64,000 nt of DNA from positions 50,733 to 114,732 of IMG/VR virus record IMGVR_UViG_3300010399_000002. One strand, 5' to 3'. This stretch comes from a virus. Under the pieces are notes generated by a model that worked only from the letters and a program-made list of their open reading frames with translations, did no database searches and was not told the DNA's origin. Positions 21,013 through 31,027 of this stretch are shown here, in pieces. Each line of letters opens with the position of its first letter. Position 1 is the stretch's first letter. The position numbers were made by a program, and so were the translations under genes.

Positions 21013-24000
21013 TCAGAAGACCTTCCCACCTTTTTCTTTGATCTGACGAATAAAGTCCGCTAGAAGTGTCTTGGCAAACTCGGCATCCCTGGTCGTCATG
21101 TTCTGGAAGATAAATGGACCGAGTGGGCGGTCGGCAGCTGAATCGACGGACTCGTGGATACCGCGCAACTCTGTAGTCATTGTTGTGATGCCTACTACAA
21201 GTGGATCGAGAAGAACTTTTTGTGAAGACGTATACGCTTCGGCTAAGGCCTCTGGATCGATATGCGGACGCAGCCCAGAAAAAATCTCATAGAAGCCGCG
21301 TAGGGTATTGCTACCCTGCATTCCTCCACCGAGATCTTCATCTGGAAATGGTCCTGGTCTTGATCTGAATGGCAAAGGTCTCGATGGTAGTAAATCACCA
21401 CCGCCACGAGAGCGACTTGGTGGATTAAACAAGAGCTGTGGCAGACTGGATGGTACCAAAACCGCGCCTGCTGCTGCGGACGGAACCTGTGAACCTGTTC
21501 CTACAAGCGAACCGCGCAATGCGTCAATGTGATCAAACAAGATCTCCATCTTCGATGTAAAGTAGTTGATCAAAATATCGAACTTCTCCACTATACCCGT
21601 TCGTACGTAGTCCAACTTGTCGAACAACAACTCGAACTTTCCCCACAGCGTATTTTGTACACTATCGGTCTTCTCCATCGTCATCAGAAATCTGGCCCAC
21701 TCATCGGTACGCAGATTGAACAGTTCTGCAAAAGTCTCGCGACTGGTCACCTCCATGCGGGCCAGATCTTTGCCCATACTGCGCATCTGAAAATTACCGA
21801 TGATGCCAGACACAGCGGACACAGCGGAGCCTATAGCTCCAATGGTACCCATTATGCCTGCACTAGCAATTCCACCTGCGACACCGGCACCTCCACCCAT
21901 ACCGGGCATACCACCGGGTATACTCGTACCCCATGGAGGCATCGGAATTGCACCTCCGACTGTACTTGCAGCGCTCCCACCTAAACCACTAAGCGCTCCC
22001 CGAATTGCATCTGAAATAGGCTTGAATGCATCCTTCGCCCAATCGATAATCATCTTGGCAAGTGGCTTGAACGCCTCTTCCAACATGATTCGCAGTATGC
22101 CGGTAGCCAAAGCTTCAAAAGCAGCCTTGCCTGCATCGACAACCCGATCCCACATGTTCTTGTGCTCGTCCTCAAGCTCCTTCATCTTCTTTTCGTTGTC
22201 CGCGACGTACTTATCGTAAGCGGCCAACTTATCTGCAAGAGCCTTTTGAAGATCCGCGAGTTCTTTTTCCTGTTGAGCTTTGTGCTTGGCTGTAATATCC
22301 TCCAACTTCTTTTCAGCTTCTGCACGATAGCGCTCCAAATCCTCAGTACGCTGTGTTAAACTGCGCTTGAGATCTTCTTCTTGCCTCCTTTGTGTCTCAG
22401 CATTAGACGTAATAGCTTCTTGCTCACGACGATGAATATCGGCTTGGTACTCGGCAAAGTCTGCTGCACGGCGTCCTAATTCAGTATTGATGTCTGCAGT
22501 CTGTCGTTCTGCGTTCTGGCGAGCATTAGCTGCAGCCTCGTCTGCATCTTCTTGAATACGTTGCAAAGCGGTCTGATGGGCTGCGATGCGTTGCTCCAAC
22601 TCACTCCGAAGACCGCGTGTCTCTTCTTCGTAGTCCTCTTGTATACGCCGAGTCGCCGTAGCATGGTCTTGCGTACGTTGTTGAAGCTGCGTACGGATCT
22701 CCGCTGCTCGTACAACATCGTGACGAGACTCTGCTTGACGCAACTCTTCACTTAGCCTTTGTCGGTCTCGAGTGTAATCCGTATTCGCATTGGCCAGCGC
22801 TCGAAGCCTCTTTTGCTCTGCCGACTGCATCTTCTCTTCATTGCTCTTTTTGTCCCGGGCGTAATCTGTATCTTCATCCGATCTGCGGCGATTAGCATTA
22901 CGAGTCTGATCCGCCAGTGTCTCCGATAGATCTTCGCCTATACGTGCAAGCCTGGTATTCGCATCTTGCACGTACTCGCTATAGGCTTCAGCCCGATCTT
23001 CCAAACTACGACGCAGATCCTCTAGTTCTCCTGCCAGCTTTTCCGCACTGGTAGTACGGAGCTCGTCTAAACGGCGACCAATATCTTCAACGTAGCTGTC
23101 GTAGTCATGTACGCGTTCGGCAAAACTTGCACGTACATTGGCTTGCTCTTCTTCGACCGCTGCGGCATGGGTGGCTGTGATCTCTTCTATACGTGCAGAT
23201 GCCTCAGTAGCATACTCTTCCCAAGCACGAGTCTGTTCTTCGAGTGAACGGCGCAAATCTTCAACCTGTTTATCAAGACCGGCATTGTTGTTCTTAAAAA
23301 TACTGATGAAAGCCTCAGCTACATTCTTGGCGAAGTCGCTAACAATGGTCGAAACCTGCTGACTCATCTTCTTGAAACTGTCCCCCCAAAAACCTGTAGA
23401 CGTTGTGACCTTCTGTATCTTTTCATCTACCTTTTCAAGCTGGCCGTTGATTACCTTCAACTCTTCGAATTGATTTTTGAACTCAGGACCTTTGGTCTGG
23501 CCGAGCTGTATCATGATACTAAGATTGTCTTTTAAGATCCTCTGTCGCATACGCAACATATCGATCTCTTGAAGCTGACTACCGGTATGAAACCTGGATT
23601 CGATGGCTGCGGCGTAGGCCTTTTCCAACTCGATGAGCTTCGTCTGCTGTTCTATAATTGTAGACAAACCAAATGCTGCCGCCGCCCTGGAACCTTGGTT
23701 CATCAAATCTGAATAGGCATTCTTAGCTGCGCCAAAATCTGAAATCAACGCCTTTACAGTTATGGCCATACCCGTGAAAGGATCATTGAAAGTGAATGGA
23801 ACTCCGAGCGATTGCCTCAAACCGTCTGTTGCTGCACGCAGAGTCTCTACATCGTTCAACATGGGTACTTCATCACGTGAGCTGTAAAACTCATCGAGCA
23901 TATCGACTATGCCGCGACGTACTTCTTGCATGGTCTTGTTGAGTGGCGCTACGTTTGCTAGAACCCCCAAGCGAATTATCTCCCCTGCATCCTGCATGGC

Positions 24001-26040
24001 CTTAGCCAAATCTGCAACACTGACCTGAGACTCCTTTAACTGCTTAGTGAACTCTTCCGTCTTCAACTTCTTCATCTCTTCTTCGAACTTCTGAACATCG
24101 TTGGTCAGCTTCTTCCAATCAGATGATAACTGTTTGTTGACAGCCAGAGTTCTCTCAACACCTTCCTTGTTACTGTTCATCACATTGACGAGATTCTGCA
24201 AACGAGTAGCGTACTCTTGTAGGTTCTCGTTTGCTCCTTGTTCGAGTAGCTCTGGTAGAACCCCTCGATTCGCCAATACAGCCTGGAGCATGTCCACTTT
24301 TTCAAGTAGTGCCTCGACAGACTCCTTGGCGGAACCTACGCCGTCTGCCATGGCCTTCCAAGACTGAGCTGCGCCTAATTCGGCTACGGCCTTAGCCATC
24401 TTTTCTAACTCGGCTTTTGTCAACTCTGTTGGGCGAAGCAACGAAACTACTGCATCCTTCGCACCTACTGTAGCCTGAGTGGCCTTCGACAAAGCTAAAC
24501 CGGCCTCCTTACCTAAATTCTGCCAAGGCAGCACTCCTTCTGCGGCACGCTTCTTTAACTCTTCCATTGCTGCCCGCTGTTGTGTCAACTGAGCCTGCAT
24601 TTGTGCATTTGCGGCCTTACTAGCCTGTGCTATGGTTCCTAAAGTATCGTAATAAGCGGCTGCGTCTTTTTGTGCTTGCTTGATAGCTTCTGGATCGACG
24701 CTCGGAACCAGTATTGATCCTCCTTTCTGGTCCTTAGCCAGCGACAACTTTACCTTGTTGAACAGTTCTGCTGTATCGGAAGCCTCAGCTTCGAACTCGG
24801 CCAAACGCTTAATGTAATCCGGCCAAGACTCGTCTGCGCCGATGCGTAACTGATCATTCAGATCTTTGATCCCAGACTTCAATTCAATAGAAGCTGTAAT
24901 AGCTTGTGCAGCATCGAACTGAGCCACGGTGGCTTCAAATTCTTGCTGCTGTTGCCATGCTGACTGTATGGCTGTAGCTAAACCAACAAGTCCTACTACA
25001 GCCAAACCAACTGGTCCATTCATAGCTGCTAATGCTGGCCCGAAGCTGCTTACAACGCTAACGAGCTTACCTACACCTAACGCTACTGGACCGGCAGCGA
25101 CGGCTACCAAACCAAAAGAAGTAGCAAGAGACTTCACGTGGTCTGGCAACTCAGAGAATGACTTTACTAACTCGCCTAGACCAGTACCGATCTTCATCAC
25201 CTGTTCCAACCACTTGTTAACAGTTGGAGTAAGTGCTGTCCCCAAATCGGTCAGAATGAACGTCATCTTGTCCTGGAAGTTGGACCAGACACCTAACAAG
25301 GTCTCGGACTGTCTACCCATCAGTTGTCCGAAATCCCTATCCATGGCTGCGACAAGAACATTCACGGCACCAACACCGTCGACCATTCCTTTAGAAGCAA
25401 TCTTCATGGCTTCACCGGTTGTTACAATCTTACCGGTAGCCTGACCGATTGCGTCGGCAAGGTATTTCCATGCAGGAATGCCGGCCTCGGCTAACTGCAT
25501 CATCTCCTCAGCAGAGACTTTGCCTTTAGCACGCATTTGACCCAAGGCCAGAGTGATTCGATCAATACCTTCTTGACCCCGACCTAGAGCTGCAGCAGCA
25601 CCACCGACAGCCTGAAGTGTTGGTATGATCTCCTTTGCAGCGAAACCTAAAGCGAGCAACCGCTGCGCGGAACTTACAAGACCGGGGAACTCGAAGGGAG
25701 TCTTGGCTGCAAAGTCCCGCAACTCTCCGATAAAGTCTTTAGCGGCTTCGGCAGAGTGCAGCATTGTCTCGAAGCCGATCATAGCCTGTTGGAGCTTGCC
25801 GGCAGTAGTCATAGCCGCAGCACCCAATGCTAAAAGCGGAGCACTGAATGCAACGGACATTGTACCGCCGACAGAGGCAAACGACGAACCCAACTTGGCA
25901 ACTTTATCGTCTAGCTGTTTGACGGCCTGATCTGTTTGACCGACACTCTTATTCAGACCGGCCAGAGCCCTCTCAACGTCTCCGGCATTTAAGCCGCGAG
26001 CGTCTAACTCCAACATCAACGTGAGAGTATCTAGAGTCAT
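21013..26040 (-). CDS. Tape measure protein
   Basis: 1675 aa; FAAKTPFE, LGQMRAKGKVSAEEMMQLAEAGIP tape-measure domain; long coiled coils. Confidence 0.95.
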   Translation of the reverse strand: MTLDTLTLMLELDARGLNAGDVERALAGLNKSVGQTDQAVKQLDDKVAKLGSSFASVGGTMSVAFSAPLLALGAAAMTTAGKLQQAMIGFETMLHSAEAAKDFIGELRDFAAKTPFEFPGLVSSAQRLLALGFAAKEIIPTLQAVGGAAAALGRGQEGIDRITLALGQMRAKGKVSAEEMMQLAEAGIPAWKYLADAIGQATGKIVTTGEAMKIASKGMVDGVGAVNVLVAAMDRDFGQLMGRQSETLLGVWSNFQDKMTFILTDLGTALTPTVNKWLEQVMKIGTGLGELVKSFSELPDHVKSLATSFGLVAVAAGPVALGVGKLVSVVSSFGPALAAMNGPVGLAVVGLVGLATAIQSAWQQQQEFEATVAQFDAAQAITASIELKSGIKDLNDQLRIGADESWPDYIKRLAEFEAEASDTAELFNKVKLSLAKDQKGGSILVPSVDPEAIKQAQKDAAAYYDTLGTIAQASKAANAQMQAQLTQQRAAMEELKKRAAEGVLPWQNLGKEAGLALSKATQATVGAKDAVVSLLRPTELTKAELEKMAKAVAELGAAQSWKAMADGVGSAKESVEALLEKVDMLQAVLANRGVLPELLEQGANENLQEYATRLQNLVNVMNSNKEGVERTLAVNKQLSSDWKKLTNDVQKFEEEMKKLKTEEFTKQLKESQVSVADLAKAMQDAGEIIRLGVLANVAPLNKTMQEVRRGIVDMLDEFYSSRDEVPMLNDVETLRAATDGLRQSLGVPFTFNDPFTGMAITVKALISDFGAAKNAYSDLMNQGSRAAAAFGLSTIIEQQTKLIELEKAYAAAIESRFHTGSQLQEIDMLRMRQRILKDNLSIMIQLGQTKGPEFKNQFEELKVINGQLEKVDEKIQKVTTSTGFWGDSFKKMSQQVSTIVSDFAKNVAEAFISIFKNNNAGLDKQVEDLRRSLEEQTRAWEEYATEASARIEEITATHAAAVEEEQANVRASFAERVHDYDSYVEDIGRRLDELRTTSAEKLAGELEDLRRSLEDRAEAYSEYVQDANTRLARIGEDLSETLADQTRNANRRRSDEDTDYARDKKSNEEKMQSAEQKRLRALANANTDYTRDRQRLSEELRQAESRHDVVRAAEIRTQLQQRTQDHATATRRIQEDYEEETRGLRSELEQRIAAHQTALQRIQEDADEAAANARQNAERQTADINTELGRRAADFAEYQADIHRREQEAITSNAETQRRQEEDLKRSLTQRTEDLERYRAEAEKKLEDITAKHKAQQEKELADLQKALADKLAAYDKYVADNEKKMKELEDEHKNMWDRVVDAGKAAFEALATGILRIMLEEAFKPLAKMIIDWAKDAFKPISDAIRGALSGLGGSAASTVGGAIPMPPWGTSIPGGMPGMGGGAGVAGGIASAGIMGTIGAIGSAVSAVSGIIGNFQMRSMGKDLARMEVTSRETFAELFNLRTDEWARFLMTMEKTDSVQNTLWGKFELLFDKLDYVRTGIVEKFDILINYFTSKMEILFDHIDALRGSLVGTGSQVPSAAAGAVLVPSSLPQLLFNPPSRSRGGGDLLPSRPLPFRSRPGPFPDEDLGGGMQGSNTLRGFYEIFSGLRPHIDPEALAEAYTSSQKVLLDPLVVGITTMTTELRGIHESVDSAADRPLGPFIFQNMTTRDAEFAKTLLADFIRQIKEKGGKVF

Positions 26041-26388
26041 CTAGTGGGCTCCGAGCATTGCACTCGTAACAGCGAACGAACGTCCTGGATCTATTTCTTC
26101 TTCAGATTGCTCTACCTTCAACGTGGGATACACCTGATCTAGTGCTAACTGCGCACCTTTTTTCATGTGTGGAACAAGTAACCAGCGTACCGCCGTCGCA
26201 AACCTCTGATCCTGACTCAAACCAGATTCCTTGTAACGACGGAGCAACCAGGCCACCTTGCGGAGTGTCAGACGACGGAAATCGTCTTCGGCAAGGCCGT
26301 TAGAAGCACACAGCGACCAAATACTCAGGCACCAGGAAGCTCGACTAGCACGGGCCCCTGGTCCTGCACTGTAGGGTCCGCTACGGAC
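26041..26388 (-). CDS. Tail assembly chaperone, frameshifted extension (gpT-like)
   Basis: -1 frame open from 26388, overlapping the end of 26325..26834; LAEDDFRRLTLRKVAWL. Confidence 0.65.
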   Translation of the reverse strand, partial: VRSGPYSAGPGARASRASWCLSIWSLCASNGLAEDDFRRLTLRKVAWLLRRYKESGLSQDQRFATAVRWLLVPHMKKGAQLALDQVYPTLKVEQSEEEIDPGRSFAVTSAMLGAH

Positions 26389-26834
26389 TCACCGCCTTTA
26401 GAGCCAATAGCATCGACCTCATCGGTAGTAGGTGCATCTTCTGACTGGACACCGGCCAGTGCCATCATAAACGGCCACATGGTTTCGAGATCCAGCAACC
26501 TGCCGACCTGTTTGAGATCCAACTCGGGATGGTGATCGGACAAGGTTGAAAAAACCAGCGCTCTGAACTCGCGCATGGGTATTTCTTTCAGAACGTTGAA
26601 AACCCGTTCCGCAAGAAGCTTCTTCTTCTCGTCGGGCTCCAACTTTGTTTCGTCGATGTCTTCCTTACGAGCACGACGAAACGCGTCGAGGAGCCTGTAC
26701 AGAGAATCGTAGAAGCTCCCCCCTTTCATTACTTCTTCATACGTCGCCCACGCATTGCCGTTGATGGCCAAAACGTAGGTACACCCGTTAACGATTACTT
26801 CTCTGGACGGGCGTAGTATATCTGATCGCGGCAC
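26325..26834 (-). CDS. Tail assembly chaperone (gpG-like)
   Basis: Between tail tube and tape measure; L..HHPELDLKQVGRLLD. Confidence 0.75.
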   Translation of the reverse strand: MPRSDILRPSREVIVNGCTYVLAINGNAWATYEEVMKGGSFYDSLYRLLDAFRRARKEDIDETKLEPDEKKKLLAERVFNVLKEIPMREFRALVFSTLSDHHPELDLKQVGRLLDLETMWPFMMALAGVQSEDAPTTDEVDAIGSKGGESVADPTVQDQGPVLVELPGA

Positions 26835-26858
26835 AATATCCCCTTTCTTTTTTGGATC

Positions 26859-27497
26859 CTAATGATAAAACTTAGCCCTGCAAACCACTCTCGCGATCTC
26901 CAAAGCTACTTGATCTGAATGGTGCTTGACCATATGGTTGGAAACACGAAGCAACTTGTAACCGGCGTCCTTGAGCCTCTTGGTACGAAGCACGTTGCGA
27001 TCTGTCCCTACGCAATCGTCAACCTCCAACGCAACTTTGTACTCGTACAAATAAAAATCGACGATCACTCCAACAAGTGGCACTTGAAACCTGTATCTTA
27101 TATGCAACTCTTGGAGGATCTCTTTTGTCAGAGACTCTGATAGCGTTGGATTGCGTCTGTAAAATTTTGCTTGGGACCTGTCTAATCTAGCTTGGTGTTC
27201 TCTACTCTTTACCTTACCGCGATGCGCTGCACTCATCTTACGCTTAGACGCCGATGAATGCTTCTTACCCAAATGCGCTGCACGCATCTTTTGTATGGAT
27301 ACAGCACTGTGTCTCTTGCCGAAAATGGCTTCGCTTAGCTTTTTCCTGGTAGCAGCTGAAACCACTTTTCCACGATGAGTCTCACTAATAGCTTTGCGAT
27401 GCTCAACAGAAATCAACTTACCGCGATGCACTTCACTCATCTTGGCACGGTACTCGGGATTCTCCCAACGCTTCTTTAACTCTCCGGATCTGTTCAC
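26859..27497 (-). CDS. NUMOD3-repeat plus DUF559 homing-type endonuclease
   Basis: Tandem H(R/L)GK.hS....K.S repeats; PTLSE...YRFQV...IVDFYL...ALEVD...GYKLLRV. Confidence 0.85.
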   Translation of the reverse strand: MNRSGELKKRWENPEYRAKMSEVHRGKLISVEHRKAISETHRGKVVSAATRKKLSEAIFGKRHSAVSIQKMRAAHLGKKHSSASKRKMSAAHRGKVKSREHQARLDRSQAKFYRRNPTLSESLTKEILQELHIRYRFQVPLVGVIVDFYLYEYKVALEVDDCVGTDRNVLRTKRLKDAGYKLLRVSNHMVKHHSDQVALEIARVVCRAKFYH

Positions 27498-27535
27498 ATT
27501 GGATTATACCGCATCTTTAGCCCCTTTCTACTACA

Positions 27536-27970
27536 TCATCCACCGTTTACGGCTGCAATGCTGTTGAAAATGCTGATTCCGACATTGACGCCTAAAACGT
27601 TATCGACAGGCGCGTCAAATTCGTGGCGCATCACTTGGCCTTCGAAAGTCAGGTTGCCTGCGGCACTCGGAAACAGTACCTGCATATCCCTGGTCAGAAG
27701 GTTGACCATCAGATACCACAACCCGGTAGCGAACGCGTGCAGAGCGTCGGCTGGATCATAGTTCATGGGGAACGTGATTTCACCTGGATCGATCAGGACG
27801 GCCAGCTTCTTTCTCCAGTACCCCAAAACCGAGTGCGTAGTAATGTCTACGATCTCGGCAGTGGTTGATGGTCCGGAAATTGACCTCACTTCACCGACCG
27901 TGCTGTAAACTGGCGGGCTGGCCGTGCTCCCGATGCGGAACAGAGTGTTCTTTGCAGAAAAAATCGCCAT
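27536..27970 (-). CDS. Major tail (tube) protein
   Basis: VGEVRSISGP....IVDITTH...LIDPGEITF..NYDP; position before the chaperones. Confidence 0.85.
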   Translation of the reverse strand: MAIFSAKNTLFRIGSTASPPVYSTVGEVRSISGPSTTAEIVDITTHSVLGYWRKKLAVLIDPGEITFPMNYDPADALHAFATGLWYLMVNLLTRDMQVLFPSAAGNLTFEGQVMRHEFDAPVDNVLGVNVGISIFNSIAAVNGG

Positions 27971-27972
27971 GG

Positions 27973-28455
27973 TTAAGCTCCTCTCTGAATGACTGGTAGT
28001 GGCTCCTTGTATCTGGGTAGCCGATTGTGAATGTTGGCTAGATTCACCAACACCTGAAAAATGCGCTTGGCACGCTTACATAAAGCGGCCTCCTGCACTC
28101 GTGAAATCTCGTGGTTCAACAGCAGTCCATATGGATTGACCGCGCGCACTTCTTCTTGGATCTCATGTAGAAGCCTCGTAGCCTCGATCAGTGGCTGCGG
28201 AACTGCGTGCATAGAACTACAAACATCGATGAGGATCGCAATCCTTTCGGGTGATGGATCGAAGCCTGCACGCTTCGAACTCATTTCATAGTTTTCGAGT
28301 AGTATCCTGGCTGCGTGCAGCGACGCGGCTGTTGGACGATAGCCGATTTGCTTGAGCTTGTGTATCCCGGAAGCCCACATGGAGCCTCCAAGACGCAACT
28401 CGTTGGCTATATGATTGTGCAGTTGATCTGCTTCTTTTAGAAGCTTGTTCTCCAC
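27973..28455 (-). CDS. Hypothetical protein
   Basis: 160-aa ORF in operon. Confidence 0.55.
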   Translation of the reverse strand: MENKLLKEADQLHNHIANELRLGGSMWASGIHKLKQIGYRPTAASLHAARILLENYEMSSKRAGFDPSPERIAILIDVCSSMHAVPQPLIEATRLLHEIQEEVRAVNPYGLLLNHEISRVQEAALCKRAKRIFQVLVNLANIHNRLPRYKEPLPVIQRGA

Positions 28456-28465
28456 AAAAACCTCA

Positions 28466-28732
28466 CTAGTCGAATTTGATTGGTTGATTCAGATGGTTAA
28501 ATAGCACATTCACTGGTGGAGCTCCCGTTACTCCGGTCTGTCCCATCCGACTGTGCATGGCCTCATGTCTGGTGATCTCGTGGATGTTGTAGGTATCGAA
28601 GCCACAACCAACACGACACTGATACCTGGGTTGACCTTCCCACAGAAAATCCGGTTCCCGCCCGGTAGTATTCTCCGGAACTGCTTTGGCGTCAACTGGG
28701 GAAGGCTGAACGTTTCTTTCTGCTTCACTCAT
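28466..28732 (-). CDS. Small C2H2-like zinc-binding protein
   Basis: YQCRVGCGF....EITRHEAMH; ATGA overlap with upstream gene. Confidence 0.5.
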   Translation of the reverse strand: MSEAERNVQPSPVDAKAVPENTTGREPDFLWEGQPRYQCRVGCGFDTYNIHEITRHEAMHSRMGQTGVTGAPPVNVLFNHLNQPIKFD

Positions 28733-29376
28733 TGCCACTTCTCCTTTATCCAAGACTCGTAACACTCGTTGGGCTTTGGTTTGCCGTGAAAGCACACTAC
28801 CTTGGCGTCATTTGGTGGACGACCTTCTTTACGGCAGTGTGTCTTGTAGCTGGCAATCCAACCTGCTGGCCAGAACGACAACTGATCTGGCGCTACAACC
28901 TTTGTCATCCATTCCTGATCTCCCCAGAATTTCTTTGGGACCTCGGCTGTGAAACTTGTCCACACCTGAGGTAATGATCCGGTCTCCAAAAGATAGCATG
29001 CACTATTGAGATACTGCGGCCTTAGCCAATCGTAGGTCAGTACCAACGGTCCTGAGCTCTCGAACAGATGATCTAATGGTCCGGTTATAACAACATCTAG
29101 ATCAAGAACTAGAACTCGCCTCGCTAGCGAAGTAGCCTCGGGCTTGAATACTGCTAACTTGTTCCACCAACCTGAAAGACCCGGTTGTAACGGAAGATAT
29201 GAACACTGTAATCCGTATGGATCGTCGGTTAGACAGATGAAAGAATAAGGCAATGACAGATTCCGACGAACCATGGACGCAAGACGGTTAGCATACTCGA
29301 ATCCGTACTTTGGTCCCCACTTGATACAAACGACTGCTAGGTCACTCAAAACAGCATTCTCCTCATGCAATAGCAC
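28729..29376 (-). CDS. Glycosyltransferase (GT-A, GT8-like)
   Basis: CIKWGPKY...FICLTDD, GWWNKL, LDLDVVI (DxD), GDQEW, VCFHGKPKP. Confidence 0.85.
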   Translation of the reverse strand: MLLHEENAVLSDLAVVCIKWGPKYGFEYANRLASMVRRNLSLPYSFICLTDDPYGLQCSYLPLQPGLSGWWNKLAVFKPEATSLARRVLVLDLDVVITGPLDHLFESSGPLVLTYDWLRPQYLNSACYLLETGSLPQVWTSFTAEVPKKFWGDQEWMTKVVAPDQLSFWPAGWIASYKTHCRKEGRPPNDAKVVCFHGKPKPNECYESWIKEKWQ

Positions 29377-29392
29377 CCTCTAAGAACCTGTC

Positions 29393-29472
29393 TAGGAACT
29401 CGCAGGCACTATCGACAGATACCAAATGGTAGTTGAATAGGGTTTTTGTTACTCAGGACGTTGTAGAGGCTG
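29393..29472. repeat. Dispersed 80-bp multi-box element, copy 3
   Basis: TAGGAACTCGCAGGCACT-N16-TGGTAGTTG...CGTTGTAGAGGCT. Confidence 0.92.
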
Positions 29473-29480
29473 CTACACTT

Positions 29481-30344
29481 CTACACTACGCCATATAAAT
29501 TCAAACCGATAAAGTGACCTGGCCCGTACGCATCCATCAAGCGCTTGCATTCTTGTTCTTGCCATACTGGGCGATCTCCGATGTCTATGTACTTCATGAG
29601 ATCTTCGTAACCGGTCCACCAAGTCGGATGCACCGAAGATACTGCGACGTTTGTTTCGTCTATAGCCTGATGGTACTTTCGATCTACGGCATCGACTGTC
29701 TCACGATCGGGCCACCTCACACGTTCTGTCATCTTATACAAAGCGTGCTTGGCCTTCAGACGCCGGCGATTGACAAACTGCAAGTGCATCACACCGCCTG
29801 AATTACTGAATGGTCTGTGTTGTGCAATAGTAGAACCAAATGGATGGCGATGATGGAAGTCGTACCCGGCCCTGGTCTCCCATCTCAACGTAGGATGATC
29901 TTTAAATACTGTTGACAACCAAACACGAGACCAAACTGATCTGTCTGACCGATAGAACTCGAGACTCTTCCAACAAGCTGGCATCCACGCCTCGAGAACC
30001 AAACCTGGTGTCAGCTTTTCGGAAGCATCTCGAATCACTGGTAGAAGATTGTTAGTCAGAACCTCGTCTGCATCCACGATAGCAAAATGCGTTCCACCTG
30101 CAGCTCGACCCGCGTCTAGCATCCGTTGGCGGTATTGCATCTCGAACCAGACAGCGTTGTCTTCTCGGATGCGAATAAGCTTACCTGGATATTCGGATTC
30201 GATCTCAGATAGGATCTCGGAAGTACGATCACTGGAAGCATGGTCGAAGACTACTAACTTGTCGCACCACTTCAAAGCTACACGAGCAGTAAGACCTACA
30301 ACCCAGTCTTCGTTACGGCACAGCATCAAACCGACTAGAAACAC
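29481..30344 (-). CDS. Glycosyltransferase family 2-like
   Basis: CRNED, VVFDHASSDRT, VDADEVL. Confidence 0.85.
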   Translation of the reverse strand: MFLVGLMLCRNEDWVVGLTARVALKWCDKLVVFDHASSDRTSEILSEIESEYPGKLIRIREDNAVWFEMQYRQRMLDAGRAAGGTHFAIVDADEVLTNNLLPVIRDASEKLTPGLVLEAWMPACWKSLEFYRSDRSVWSRVWLSTVFKDHPTLRWETRAGYDFHHRHPFGSTIAQHRPFSNSGGVMHLQFVNRRRLKAKHALYKMTERVRWPDRETVDAVDRKYHQAIDETNVAVSSVHPTWWTGYEDLMKYIDIGDRPVWQEQECKRLMDAYGPGHFIGLNLYGVV

Positions 30345-30354
30345 AAATGCTCCT

Positions 30355-31026
30355 TTACATCCCTTGAGTAACGATCACTGTCTCCGGATCTGGAACTGGT
30401 GTGCAGTAACTAAAGAACTTCGGACAGTACGTGGACTTCATTCCCAACTTGTAACTGATGATAGATGCGGCGGGTTGGTCGTGCCTGTGCCCGAGCACTC
30501 GCGGATCTTCGGATACGAGTCTGTTCTTGTTTGTCCATTGGCCTACAAACGTTCCTCGATCAGCGGCTTCTTTCCACAACCTCAAGAACTTCAAGCTACG
30601 TTCGTCTTTGAGGTACAAGCAAACACATCCACCTATCACCAACGAGATCTTGAAAGCCTCTTCTCGACTGGTACCAAGAATCCTCAACGCATGGTCGGTA
30701 CACCACTGCCCAACGCTCCAACCGCAAGTAAACAACAGATACCCGCTGCGTTCTACTTCTTCGATCATTGACTCCAATGGTCGGATAGCCCAACAGGAAG
30801 CATCGAGCCATATAACCAAATCGTGACCTTGTCTAACGGCTTCATACAACGCATAGACTTTGAACGCATACGGATTCTGTTGGTGGGATAAGCACCCGAC
30901 GGGATACTGATTCAGGCCTAGAAACGCTCCTTGGTAACCTTGCGCTTTCAAACTGGATCGCAACCGTTCCTGTCCGCGCAGATACCAGCCCCGACTAGTA
31001 GCGAAACTGACTACACATGGACTCAC
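30355..31026 (-). CDS. Putative glycosyltransferase (GT-A)
   Basis: YAFKVYAL, IWLDASC, GHRHDQ. Confidence 0.7.
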   Translation of the reverse strand: MSPCVVSFATSRGWYLRGQERLRSSLKAQGYQGAFLGLNQYPVGCLSHQQNPYAFKVYALYEAVRQGHDLVIWLDASCWAIRPLESMIEEVERSGYLLFTCGWSVGQWCTDHALRILGTSREEAFKISLVIGGCVCLYLKDERSLKFLRLWKEAADRGTFVGQWTNKNRLVSEDPRVLGHRHDQPAASIISYKLGMKSTYCPKFFSYCTPVPDPETVIVTQGM

Positions 31027-31027
31027 T

